Part shown: positions 27,861 through 38,149 of the stretch, in pieces
How the letters are laid out: every line of letters begins with the position of its first letter
How positions within the stretch are numbered: position 1 is the stretch's first letter
Source: an uncultured Gammaproteobacteria bacterium
GTDB lineage: Bacteria > Pseudomonadota > Gammaproteobacteria > Steroidobacterales > Steroidobacteraceae
DNA: 64,000 nucleotides
Direction: 5' to 3'
Assembly (NCBI GenBank): GCA_963782865.1
Contig: CAWALS010000018.1
Location: 37,011 to 101,010, forward strand
The notes under the pieces: generated by a model
Told to the model about the DNA's origin: nothing
What the model saw: only the letters and a program-made list of their open reading frames with translations
The model's database searches: none
Made by a program: the position numbers and the translations under genes

Positions 27861-28259
27861 ATGAGTTCCGGCAACGAGGACCGACAGGCAACCATGGACG
27901 CGACGCAGGTCTATCGCGAAGAAATATTTACCGATCGCAAAGTCGGCACCATTCGCAGGATGACGCCGGTGACGGTGGACGGCGCGGCGGATGCCACACG
28001 GCCCGTCCTGTTCGTAGGGCAGGCGCAGGTCATGACGCCGATGGGCGCGGTACCCATCAGTTTCGAACTGGATGCCGTCACATTGGCCGCGGCGGTGGAA
28101 AAATTTGGCGCCGCCGCCGAGCAGGCCGTCCATCAAACCATGCGGGAACTACAGGAGATGCGCCGTGAGCAAGCCTCCTCCTTGGTGATCCCCGACGCCG
28201 CCGGCGCGGGGCTGCCAAATCCCGGCGATCTGCTGAGGGGCGGGCGGCCACGCCGCTAG
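27861..28259 (+). CDS. conserved hypothetical cytoplasmic protein (132 aa)
   Basis: ATG at 27861 after an AAGGGG-type SD. Coding-like composition, no TM segment and no motif I can name. Divergent from mprF. Confidence 0.5.
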   Translation: MSSGNEDRQATMDATQVYREEIFTDRKVGTIRRMTPVTVDGAADATRPVLFVGQAQVMTPMGAVPISFELDAVTLAAAVEKFGAAAEQAVHQTMRELQEMRREQASSLVIPDAAGAGLPNPGDLLRGGRPRR

Positions 28260-28270
28260 CGCGCTGGCGC

Positions 28271-30112
28271 CTAGGCGCCGCTCGCGCCGTTCGCCTTGTC
28301 GAGCGTTTCCCAACGCGCGAAGGCGCTGTCGAGCTCTTCGGCGAGGACTTGCAGGCGCTGCAGCGCCTGACTGCCTCGATCCTGGTTGTGTTGGAATACC
28401 TTAGGATCGCTGATCAGCGTCGTGAGCTGCACCTGTTCGGCTTCCAGCTGCTGAATCTTCTCGGGCAGCTGCGCCAACTCCCGCTGTTCATTGTATGAGA
28501 GGCGCCGGGTTTTGGCTGCCGCCAAAGACGCCGGCGGTGCCCCGGACGAACTCGATGCAACGCCGCGCTGCGCTTCCGCCGCCGCGCCCGCTTCGGGAGC
28601 GGCGGATCTTCGCTGACGCAGCCAATCGGAGTACCCACCCACATACTCGTTGATTTGATCGGCGCCTTCGAACACCAGCGTGCTGGTGACGACATTATCG
28701 AGAAACGCGCGGTCGTGGCTGACCAGCAGCAACGTGCCGGCGTAATCCGCGACCAACTCCTCCAGCAGTTCCAGCGTTTCCGCATCGAGGTCGTTGGTCG
28801 GCTCGTCCATGATCAAGAGGTTGCTGGGCTTGGCGAACAGGCGCGCCAGCAGCAAGCGATTGCGCTCGCCGCCCGACAACATGCTCACGGGCGCATTCAG
28901 GCGCTCGGGCGGAAACAGGAAATCGCGAAGGTAGCCGGATACGTGCCGCGGCTGACCGCCGATGATCACGGTATCGCCGCTGCCGCCGGTCACATTGTCG
29001 GCGATGGATGCGGCCGGATCGAGTTGCTCGCGCTGCTGATCAAAATAGGCCGGCAAGAGATTGGTGCCGCGCCGGATGCTTCCCGCGGTCGGTTCGATTT
29101 CGCCCACCAGCAGCTTGATCAGCGTGGTCTTGCCGCAGCCGTTGGGTCCGATGATGCCGATGCGATCCTTGCGCAGGATGCGCGCGGAGAAATCGCGGAT
29201 GAGCGGCGCGGCGCCGAAGCTATGAGTTACATGCGCTGCCTCGAACACCACCTTGCCGGAGGGCGCCGCCTCTTGTGCGCGCAGCTCCACGCTGCCTATA
29301 CGCTCGCGCCGCTCACGGCGCTCGATTCTCAATTGCTCGAGCGCGCGCACCCTGCCCTCGTTGCGCGTGCGCCGCGCTTCCACGCCTTGCCGGATCCACG
29401 CCTCCTCCTGCGCCAGCTTCTTGTCGAACAACGCCGCATGCTTGGCTTCCACTTCAAGCGCCGCGCGCTTTTGCAGGACATAGTCGTCGTAGCCGCCGGG
29501 CCAGATGCGCAATTGGCCGCGATCGAGCTCGACGATCTTGGTCGCCAAACGGCGCACGAAGGCGCGGTCGTGACTGACGAAGAACAGCGCCCCGGCGTAC
29601 TCCATCATCATCTCTTCGAGCCAGGTAATGGCCTCGACATCCAAATGATTCGTCGGCTCATCCAATAGCAACACATCGGGCGACGCGATGAGCGCGCGGC
29701 CCAGCATCACGCGCCGGCGCCAGCCGCCCGAAAGCGCGCTCATCAGCGCATCGCCCGGAAGCTCCAGGCGCGAGATCACTTGATCGGCCTGCAGCTCGGT
29801 CTGCCATTCGTCATCGTGCGCTCCACGCTGCAGGCCGCCCAGGACCACGTCGCGGACGACGGCATCGCTGCCGGACGATACCTCCTGGGCGAGACTCGCG
29901 ACCCGCGCGCCGGGCCGAACCCAGACTTCACCGCTGTCGGGCGACAAATTTTTGCAGATCACCTGCAGGAGCGAGGATTTTCCCTCGCCATTGCGTCCGA
30001 GCAAACAGACGCGCTCGCCCCTGCGCAACTGCAGGTTGACGCTATCCAGCAGGGGTTTCAGGCCGAAGCTGAGCGAGACCTTATCGAGCCGAACGATGGG
30101 CATGGAGAACAT
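28271..30112 (-). CDS. uup: ABC-F family ATPase (Uup-like)
   Basis: Two ABC cassettes (GRNGEGKSS / LSGGWRRR / LLLDEPTNHLD and GPNGCGKTT / LSGGERNR / LIMDEPTNDLD), a linker and a C-terminal coiled-coil. Start taken at MFSMPIVRL; the alternative ATG at 30103 is also possible. Confidence 0.85.
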   Translation of the reverse strand: MFSMPIVRLDKVSLSFGLKPLLDSVNLQLRRGERVCLLGRNGEGKSSLLQVICKNLSPDSGEVWVRPGARVASLAQEVSSGSDAVVRDVVLGGLQRGAHDDEWQTELQADQVISRLELPGDALMSALSGGWRRRVMLGRALIASPDVLLLDEPTNHLDVEAITWLEEMMMEYAGALFFVSHDRAFVRRLATKIVELDRGQLRIWPGGYDDYVLQKRAALEVEAKHAALFDKKLAQEEAWIRQGVEARRTRNEGRVRALEQLRIERRERRERIGSVELRAQEAAPSGKVVFEAAHVTHSFGAAPLIRDFSARILRKDRIGIIGPNGCGKTTLIKLLVGEIEPTAGSIRRGTNLLPAYFDQQREQLDPAASIADNVTGGSGDTVIIGGQPRHVSGYLRDFLFPPERLNAPVSMLSGGERNRLLLARLFAKPSNLLIMDEPTNDLDAETLELLEELVADYAGTLLLVSHDRAFLDNVVTSTLVFEGADQINEYVGGYSDWLRQRRSAAPEAGAAAEAQRGVASSSSGAPPASLAAAKTRRLSYNEQRELAQLPEKIQQLEAEQVQLTTLISDPKVFQHNQDRGSQALQRLQVLAEELDSAFARWETLDKANGASGA

Positions 30113-30262
30113 TCTAAACCTGTAATCCTTACATTCCCTTCGCGCCGCCATGCGCGCGGCGTTTTCATCGCAAACCGCCGTGCTTTGCATAACTCGCGGT
30201 TCACATTGACAATTTTTCGCGGTCGCCGGCGCTTGCGGCGCGTGCGATCATACGCAATTGCT

Positions 30263-30278
30263 TGGCACGCGCGTTGCA
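30263..30278 (+). promoter_or_regulatory. sigma-54 (-24/-12) promoter, exact consensus TGGCAC-N5-TTGCA
   Basis: TGGCAC (30263-30268), GCGCG, TTGCA (30274-30278). The predicted start site near 30289 is 12 nt before the kinase start codon. Confidence 0.6.
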
Positions 30279-30300
30279 GCTAATTCTGGCGGCCTGAACC

Positions 30301-31734
30301 GTGAATACCATTGTTGACAAAATGAATCGCGTGACTTTCTTGAGCGATGCCTTGGATGGCTTGGGACGTTGGTACCTCGCCGTGCCGCCGTTTCTCATCA
30401 TCAGTTTCCTCGCCGCGTTGTTCTTCGTAACCGGCGAGGGGCAGGCGCGTCTGCAGGAGGCCGGCGAACGCCTCGAGAAATCCGCGGCGCGCGAGCACAG
30501 CGTCGATGAGCTGCAAAATTCGCTCGCCCGATCCGTCAGCGCGCAGCGCACGTACCTGCTGACCGGAGATCACCGCTACATCGAGACCTACAACCGGGTG
30601 GTGGCGGAGATCGAGCCGCGGCTGGAGAACTTGAGTCGCGCGTACGCCGGCTCGGATGTCAGCCTTGGCCGCGTGCGCGACTTGCAGGTCTTGATCGGCA
30701 AGAGGCTCGCGGACCTCTCGATGATCCTGACTATCCAGAAAACGCAAGGAGTGGCGGCGGCCATTGCGCTCGTGAAAACCAGCGTGGGTACGGATACCGG
30801 CGCGGTCATTGCGGACAACTTGGACCGCCTGCGCGATCGCGAAGGCGTCGAACATCGCGAGGCCACTGAGCATTGGGAAAATTCCTTGGCCTTGAGCCGC
30901 TGGATCACCCTCATCGGGACGATCATCAACATGCTGCTGGTGGCCATCGCAATGCGGCTGGTGTATCTGGATATGCGGCGTCGCGCCGCGCTGAATGCCG
31001 AGCTGCGCGATCAGAAACTCAAGCTCGAACACGAAGTTGAAGAGCGGACCCGCGATCTGGTCGAACTGTCGACTCATTTGCAAAATGTGTCGGAACGCGA
31101 AAAGGCGAGCCTCGCGCGCGAATTGCACGACGAGCTCGGCGGATTGCTGGTCGGCGCGCGCATGGACATATCCTGGGCCGAACAGCATTTGACGAATAAC
31201 GATGCGGACTTGAGGCTGCGCTTGAACCGCGTGCAGCAAAACCTGGCCGCGGGAGTCGATTTGAAACGCCGCATCATCGAGGAGCTGCGCCCCACGCTTC
31301 TGGACAACGTGGGATTGTTCGCGGCGCTGCGCTGGCAAATGAAAGAGACCTGCGCAGGAGCCGGCCTCAAGTGCAGCGAGTCCTACCCCGATGAGGAGCC
31401 GCGCTTCAAATCCGAAGCCTCCATCGCGCTGTTTCGCATCGCACAGGAGGCATTCAGCAACATTCTGAAGCATTCCCGGGCAAAAACCGCCGATATCAGT
31501 CTGGACATGGACGAGGAAACGCTGCTGATGCGCATAGCCGATGACGGCATCGGCATGGCGGCAGATCGATTCATGGCGATCGGCTCGCACGGACTGGCGT
31601 CCATGCGCCATCGAGTCCGTGCGCTGGGCGGCCGTCTGGACGTCCGAAAACCGGCATCGGGCGGTACCATGCTCATCGTGCAAATTCCCATCGCGAACGC
31701 GGTCGCACAAGTCGGCGAATCCGCGCCGACTTGA
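30301..31734 (+). CDS. sensor histidine kinase, CHASE3 extracytoplasmic domain plus HisKA_3/HATPase (NarX/LiaS class), no cognate regulator adjacent
   Basis: TM, then a CHASE3-like QRTYLLTGDHRYIETY, a second TM, a coiled coil, the ARELHDELGG H-box and an ATPase domain (DDGIGM...GGT). GTG start at 30301 (alternative ATG at 30322). Confidence 0.85.
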   Translation: MNTIVDKMNRVTFLSDALDGLGRWYLAVPPFLIISFLAALFFVTGEGQARLQEAGERLEKSAAREHSVDELQNSLARSVSAQRTYLLTGDHRYIETYNRVVAEIEPRLENLSRAYAGSDVSLGRVRDLQVLIGKRLADLSMILTIQKTQGVAAAIALVKTSVGTDTGAVIADNLDRLRDREGVEHREATEHWENSLALSRWITLIGTIINMLLVAIAMRLVYLDMRRRAALNAELRDQKLKLEHEVEERTRDLVELSTHLQNVSEREKASLARELHDELGGLLVGARMDISWAEQHLTNNDADLRLRLNRVQQNLAAGVDLKRRIIEELRPTLLDNVGLFAALRWQMKETCAGAGLKCSESYPDEEPRFKSEASIALFRIAQEAFSNILKHSRAKTADISLDMDEETLLMRIADDGIGMAADRFMAIGSHGLASMRHRVRALGGRLDVRKPASGGTMLIVQIPIANAVAQVGESAPT

Positions 31735-31807
31735 CCACGAGGCGCCTTCCAGCAGCGGAGCCTCGGCGCAGCAGCAGGGCCTGGCAGCGGCGCCGCTCGA
31801 GCGGCGC

Positions 31808-33626
31808 TCAAATTCTGATCGTGCCGTCCGAAATCGCCGCATACAGCGCGGCATCCAGCGGCACGTAGCGCTGCGATCGCGCATCATCGAAATACAACGG
31901 ATCCGGCGACTCGACTCGGGTCGAAACCTGCCTGCATCAGTTCCTGTTTGCGCGGCTTGAAGGTGCCGGTGGCCTCGAGCGTCGGCAGGATTCGGAGAAA
32001 CACCGGCCGCGCATAGGGCGGCAGGCGCTGCGCGACATCCGCGCGAAACGCCGCAAGATCAAAATCGGCATTCGACCACCAGCGCCGCAGTGCCCGCACG
32101 GCCATCGGCGCCGGGCACGCTAACGCCGTACACCACGCCGTCGAGCACGCCGCGGCTCGCCGTGAGCGCCGTCAACACCTCCGCCGTCGAGACGTTTTCC
32201 CCTTTCCAGCGATACGTTTCGCCGACCCGGTCGACGAAATAGAAAAACCCGCGCTCATCGCGCCGCATCAGATCGCCGGTCCGATACCACGAATCGCCTT
32301 CTTGAAGACATTGCGCAACACCTTGCGCGCCGACGCCTCCGCATCCGCATAGCCTTCGAATCGGCCGGCGCGCTCGCCGCCCGCCGCGGGAATCAGCCCG
32401 ACGGCCTCGCCAATCTCATTGACCGCGCAACGCTCGCAGAAACCCGTCGGCGTTGCGCCGCGGCTCTCCGCTTTGTCAACATCGAATCGCAGCAGCGCCA
32501 CCGGCAGGCGATTGCGCCAGAAACGGCGGTATGCGGCCGATGGCGCCCGGCTGTCCCTCGCAGTTGTAGAGCGAAAAGTTGCCTTCCGTGGACGCGTAGT
32601 ATTCGAGGATTCGCGGAATCTTGAAAGCGGCTTTGGAACGGTTCCCAGACCTCGGGCCGCAAGCCATTGCCGCAGGCGATCCGCAGGCAGTGCTCGGTTT
32701 CGATCGTGCTGGTGCGGCGCATTGACCAGGTAGCGGCACAGCTCGCCGATGTATTGAAACAGCGTGCAGCGCTGCTCGCGCACATCGCGCCAGAAATCCG
32801 ACGCCGAAAACCGCGGGCGAATCACCACGGCGCCGCCGCTGACCAGCGTCGCAAACGTCGCCACCACGCCGCCGACGCTGTGATACAGCGGCAGGCAATC
32901 GAACATGCGATCCTCGGGCCGGTATCCAGCATGCCGGCAAACCAATGGCTCCACTGCATCAGCCGGTAGTGGCTGACCTTGGCCGCTTTCGGCAGGCCGG
33001 TGGTGCCCGAGGTATAGATATAGAGCGCGGTGGCATCGATCGGCGCCGGCGCGCGCTCGGCCGCCGTCAGCGACTCGCCCGACAAAGCGGCGAGCTCCGG
33101 TTCGAGCGGCGCGAAAATTCCGCGGCTCGATCCCACGACCCGGCAGGCACAGTGCCGCCGGCAAGCGCGCCGCGGATCGCCGCGACTCGCGGCGCAAGAT
33201 CCGCGCCGACGATCAAGTGTCTTGGGCTGCGCGATGTTGATCGAATGCGCCAGCGCATCGCCCGCAAGCTGTGAATTGATCAGCGCCACGACGACGCCGA
33301 TGCGCGTCAAGCCCGAGCCAAATGGCCAGATACTCGGCGCAGTTCCCCATCAGCAGCGACACGGCGTCGCCGCTTGCAAGATCGCTGGCGCCACTCCCCA
33401 GCGCGCGTATTGATTGCAGCGAAACGCCAGTTGCGCGATAGCTCATCGAGGCTTCGCGCGAAATGAGCGCGGGCGACGCTGCCGAATTGCTGAGCCCAGC
33501 CGCTCGATCAGCGCGGGAAGCGTAATTCCGCGCTCGCCGATGGAGGCGGTCTTGCCGAGGGCGCGAAGCCATGCATCGCGGGCGAATTTTGCATCGAGCT
33601 CGCCCGGCTGCGTCCGGAATGTTCAT
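31808..33626 (-). pseudogene. very-long-chain acyl-CoA synthetase / FATP-type adenylate-forming enzyme, with many frameshifts
   Basis: Conserved pieces are scattered over all three minus frames: GDAVSLLMGNCAEYLAIWLGL, LTRIGVVVALINSQL, YIYTSGTTGLPKAAKVSHYR, DCLPLYHSVGG, ILEYYASTEGN, YRTGDLMRRDERGFFYFVDRVGETYRWKGENVST, GTFKPRK and a terminal DPLYFDD...DGTIRI*. I count at least 10 frame changes. The 5' end is approximate. Confidence 0.8.
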
Positions 33627-33718
33627 TTAACGTCATCTATGGGAATTGCGAACCATACCACGACTACCCGCATCGTTCGAGATACACTGCGCCATCACCA
33701 ACTTACGATTCACGCAGC

Positions 33719-35004
33719 ATGAAGCGGGAAACGATCGCAATTCACGGCGGCTTCGACTCCGACCCGACGACCAAGGCGGTGGCGGTGCCGATCTACCAAA
33801 CGGCCGCTTACTCCTTCGACAGCGCCGAGCACGGCGCCGCCTTGTTCAACCTCGAGGTTCCCGGATACCGCTACACGCGGATCAGCAATCCGACCACCGA
33901 GGTTCTCGAGCAGCGCGTGACCGAACTCGAGGGCGGCGTCGGCGCGCTGAGCGTGAGCCTCCGGTCAGACGGCGCTGTATTATGCGTCGCTGAATGCACT
34001 GGAAACGGGCCGCAACATCGTCTCGGTGCCGCAGCTCTACGGCACGACCTACACGTTGTTCGCGCATATTCTGCCGAAAATGGGCGATTCAGCGTGCGCT
34101 TCGCCAAGTCCGACCGCGCCGCCGATCTCGAGGCGCTGATCGACGAGAACACCCGCGCGATATTTTGCGAGACCGTCGGCAATCCGGCCGGCAACGTCTG
34201 CGACCTCGAGGCGCTGGCGACGCGTGGCGCATCGCCATCGCATGCCGCTGATCGTCGACAACACGGTGGCGACGCCGATGCTGGTGCGGCCGGTCGAATA
34301 CGGCGCGGACATCGTGATCCACTCGTTGACGAAATTCATGGGCGGCCACGGCACGACGCTCGGCGGCATCATCGTCGACTGCGGGCGGTTTCCCGTGGAC
34401 AGCAGCACGCGGCCCGCTATCCCATGTTCACGCAGCCGGACGAGTCCTATCACGGCTTGGTCTACACCGAGCACTACGGCGCCGCGGCATTCATCGGCCG
34501 CTGCCGCAGCGTCTATCCAGCGCACCATGGGCGCGGTGCTCTCGCCGATGAACGCCTTTCTGCTGCTGCAGGGCATCGAGACCGTGGCGCTGCGCATCGA
34601 TCGTCACGTCGAGAATGCGCGCAAAGTCGCCGAGTTCCTGCGCGCCGATCCGCGCGTCGAGTCGGTGAACTTTGCGGGGTTTGCCGACAATCCGTATCAT
34701 CCGCTTGGTGCAGAAATATCTGGGCGGCAGGGCGTGCTCGCTGATGACTTTCGAAATCCGCGGCGGCTTGCAGGCCGGCATGCGTTTCTACAACGCGCTC
34801 AAGCTGTTCAAGCGCTTGGTGAATTTGGGCGATGCGAAATCGCTGGCCTGCCATCCGGCATCGACGACGCATCGGCAAATGTCCGCCGCAGGAACAGCTG
34901 GCGGCGGGCGTCGGCCCGGGCAGCATTCGCCTGAGCGTCGGGCATCGAGCACATCGACGACATCCTCGCCGATCTGGACCAGGCGCTCGGCGCCGCCGGC
35001 TTGA
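33719..35004 (+). pseudogene. metY: O-acetylhomoserine/O-acetylserine sulfhydrylase-type PLP enzyme (MetY-like), with many frameshifts
   Basis: MKRETIAIHGGFDSDPTTKAVAVPIYQTAAYSF...RISNPTT, then pieces in alternating frames (SGQTALYYASL, NTRAIFCETVGNPAGNV, MPLIVDNTVATP..SLTKFMGGHG, MGAVLSPMNAFLLLQGIETVALR, NLGDAKSLACHPASTTHRQ, IRLSVG/IEHIDDI). At least 8 frame changes by my reading. The 3' end is approximate. Confidence 0.8.
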
Positions 35005-36460
35005 ATCCGCAGATCCATTGCCGGACTGCCGTTCCGGCGTTATTTCCCAATCCGGCGGACCGAGAGCGGATCGAGCAACTGGCTGACGCTCGAGCTGCGG
35101 CGGCGCATTGCGGCGCATTCAGGCGCGGCCCGGTGACGCCGAGCATCGACATGCAGCAATTCGCGCGCCGAGCTGGAACGGCTTCGACTTCGAGCACGCC
35201 GCAGCCGCTCGAAGATGCATTGCGCTGGACCATCGAGCGCATGGAGCATGGCATCGTGCAAATGTCGAACCCGCGCTATTTCGGCCTGTTCAATCCGGGC
35301 GCCAACTTTCCCCGCGCAATGCGCCGATCGCATCGCGGGTCTGTTCAATCCGCAGCTCGCGAGTTCGGCGTCCTCGCCTGTGCCGGTGGCACTGGAAAGC
35401 CACGTGATCCGCGCGGTGGCGCGGCGCGCCGCATTCGGCGCGGATGCGACCGGGCATTTCGCGACCGGCGGATCGGAGGCGAACTACACGGCGCTGATCT
35501 GTGCGCGCTGACCGGCCGCCCATCCCGGCTATTCCGCGCGAGGGCGTGCGCGCCTTCGCCGGACCGGTCGAAGTTCTATACGTCACGGGAATGTCACATC
35601 GCGTGGCTGAAAATCGCGCATCAGGCCGGCGTCGGCCGCGGCGCGCTGCGGCTGGTCGATACCGACGGTCGGGGCCGGATGGATCCGCAGGCGCTGCTTC
35701 GGCGCCATTGCGGAGGACCGCGCCGCGGGCGCGGTTCCGGTGATGATCGTTGCCACGGCCGGAACCACCGGCGCGCGGCATGATCGACCCGTTGCACGCC
35801 TGCGCCGACATCGCCAAGCAGCAGGCGTCTGTGGTACCACGTCGATGCGGCCTGGGGCGGCGCGGCGCTGGCGTCGGATCGCCTGCGCGGCGCTGCTTGA
35901 CGGCATCGAGCGCGCCGACTCGATCACCATCGATGCCCACAAATGGTTCGCGACCACCATGGGATGCGCCATGTTCTTGTCACGCCGCGGCCGACCTGCT
36001 TGTCCGAAGCATTTCATGCCTCGACGAGCTTCATGCCGTCGAGCATTTCGGCGCTCGATCCCTACCTTGAACAGCGTGCAATGGTCGCGCCGTTTCATGG
36101 GGTTGCGCCTGTTCCTGGCGCTGGCGGCCGCCGGTTGGGAGGGCCTTGGCGCGCATGTCGAGCGCGGCGTCGAGGTGATCGAGCGCGTCAAGGAGCGGCT
36201 GGTTGCACTCGGCTGGCGCATCGCCAATGATTCACCGCTCGCGGTGCTGGACGCCGATTCCGCCGGCCGCAATGGGCGACGTGCGAGCCCTGGTGCGGCG
36301 GGTGGTGGCCTCCGGACGGGCCTGGGTGGCGCCGACCACCTTCGAAGGTCGCGAGGTGGTGCGGATCTGCGCGACCAACGGCGAAACCGCCATGGCCGAC
36401 GTGGACGCGCTGATCGCGGCGCTCAACGAGCGCCCCTTAAGCGCGTTTGAGCTCCTTTAA
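35001..36460 (+). pseudogene. PLP-dependent (group II-like) decarboxylase family protein, with many frameshifts
   Basis: Fragments in three frames: NPRYFGLFNPGANFP, AQCADRIAGLFNPQLASSASSP, HFATGGSEANYTALICA, MIVATAGTTG, SITIDAHKWF (PLP lysine) and a C-terminal RICATNGETAMADVDALIAALNE. At least about 10 frame changes. The start is approximate. Confidence 0.7.
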
Positions 36461-36707
36461 GCGCGCTGCGCCAAGGTGCGCTCCACCAGGCTCTCGATGG
36501 AGCGCAGCGAATGGAAATTCTCCGGTGTGATATCCGCCTTGCGCAATGGCGATGTCGAACTCCAGCTCGACGGCCAGCATGAGATTCACCATTTTCAACG
36601 AGCTGATGCCAAGATCGCTCAGTTGAGCGTCCAGCGGAAACGGGGCGGGCATACCGCGCTCTGGCCCCAAGAACGGCTTTAACCAGCGCGATCAGCCGCT
36701 CGCTCAC
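36457..36707 (-). pseudogene. acyl/aminoacyl carrier protein (about 80 aa), with two frameshifts
   Basis: SERLIALVKAVLG (frame 1), then PFPLDAQLSDLGISSLKMVNLMLAVELEFDIAI (frame 2, with the Ser in the carrier-protein DSL-like position), then KADITPENFHSLRSIESLVERTLAQRA* (frame 3). Confidence 0.65.
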
Positions 36708-36931
36708 CCCCTCATTGACGTCTGCGGATCCACTCGATGCGTCTCCTCAAAAAAAACAGGGCCGATAATACCGTGTAGCGCAGGATACGGAATACGATGC
36801 GGGTTTTACATATGTTTCGAAAACTGAGCCGAGCATCACTAAGTGACAAATATTTTCGCCGCGGCGTTATTGTCGAGTGCGGCCATCCCCGCATAATCCG
36901 CCGATTACAGGGCCGTAGGGCTGGTTTCAGA

Positions 36932-38144
36932 ATGGCAATCGAGACACACCGAATACCGGGTTCCCGCACTCCAAGCGCGCGGCAGAGCGACTTGACGGCG
37001 CGTGCCCGCGCAGCCGCCGACGTGGCCAGCGCCAACGCGGCCGCGGTCGACGCCGAGGCGCGCTTTCCCAGCGAGGCGTTCGCGGAACTGCGCAAGCAGC
37101 GGCTGCTCGGCATCCAGGTTCCGCAGCCTCTGGGCGGTGAAGGCGCCACGATCGCGCGAAATTGCCGACGTGTGCTACATCCTCGGCCAGTCCTGTTCCT
37201 CCACCGGCGCTGATTTACGCGATGCACCAGATCAAGATGGCGTGCATCGTGCGCCACTTCAAGAACAATGCCGCTCATGAGCGCATTCTGCGCCGCATCG
37301 TCGCCGAGCAATTGCTCCTGGCCTCATCGACCACCGAAGGCCAGGCTGGCGGCAACGTTCGTTCCAGCGAGGCAGCGGTCGAGCACGACGGCGAACAGGT
37401 CACCCTCGAACGCAAGGCGACGGTCATTTCCTATGCCGTGGAAGCGGACGGCATCGTCACCACCGCGCGCCGTGCCGCCGATGCCGCGGGCAACGATCAG
37501 GTACTGCTGGTGCTGTTGAAGTCCGACTATACCCTGGAGCGATTGCAGGTATGGGACACCCTGGGCATGCGCGGCACGCATAGCGAAGGCTTCACGCTGC
37601 GCGCGCGCGCCGCGGCCGCACAAATCCTGCCCGAACCCTACGAGCGAATTCACGCCCAGACCATGGTGCCGTTTCGCGCACATACTGTGGGGCTCGGTGT
37701 GGGCGGGAATCGCCGCCGCCGCGGCCTCCAAGGCGCAGGCTTTCGTGCGTCACGTGGTGCGGCAATCGAACGGCCAAACACCGCCCGGCGCCGCGCATTT
37801 CACCCAGGCGGTATCGACGTTGCGCACGCTGCGCGGCGTGCTCGCGGCCAGCCTGCGCAGCTATGAAGCGATCATGTCGGATGAGAAGGCGATCTCGTCC
37901 TTGGAATTTCAGGCGATGATTACCCTGACCAAGGTGCAGGTGTCGGAGCTCGCGGTGACCACGGTGCTCAGTTCGCTGCGCGCCTGCGGCTTATCCGGAT
38001 ATCGCAACGACACCGAATTCACCATCGGCCGCTTGCTGCGCGACGTGCTGTCCGCGCCGCATCATGATCAGCAACGACCGCATCTTGACCAATCTCGCAA
38101 CGACCTCATTGATGACGCCGCTGCCGAGCTCGATCAGCGGTTGA
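36932..38144 (+). pseudogene. acyl-CoA dehydrogenase family flavoprotein, with about 4 frameshifts
   Basis: FPSEAFAELRKQRLLGIQVP, EIADVCYILGQSCSSTG, ASSTTEGQAGG, WDTLGMRGTHSEGF and ACGLSGYRNDTEFTIGRLLRDVLSAP are distributed over three frames. The stop at 38142-38144 is 5 nt before the ligase ATG. Confidence 0.75.
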
Positions 38145-38149
38145 AGCCT

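Noticed and set aside
30280-31887. 535-aa ORF on the minus strand
   Set aside because: It is antisense to the CHASE3 histidine kinase, whose motifs are unambiguous. I found no recognisable domains in it.
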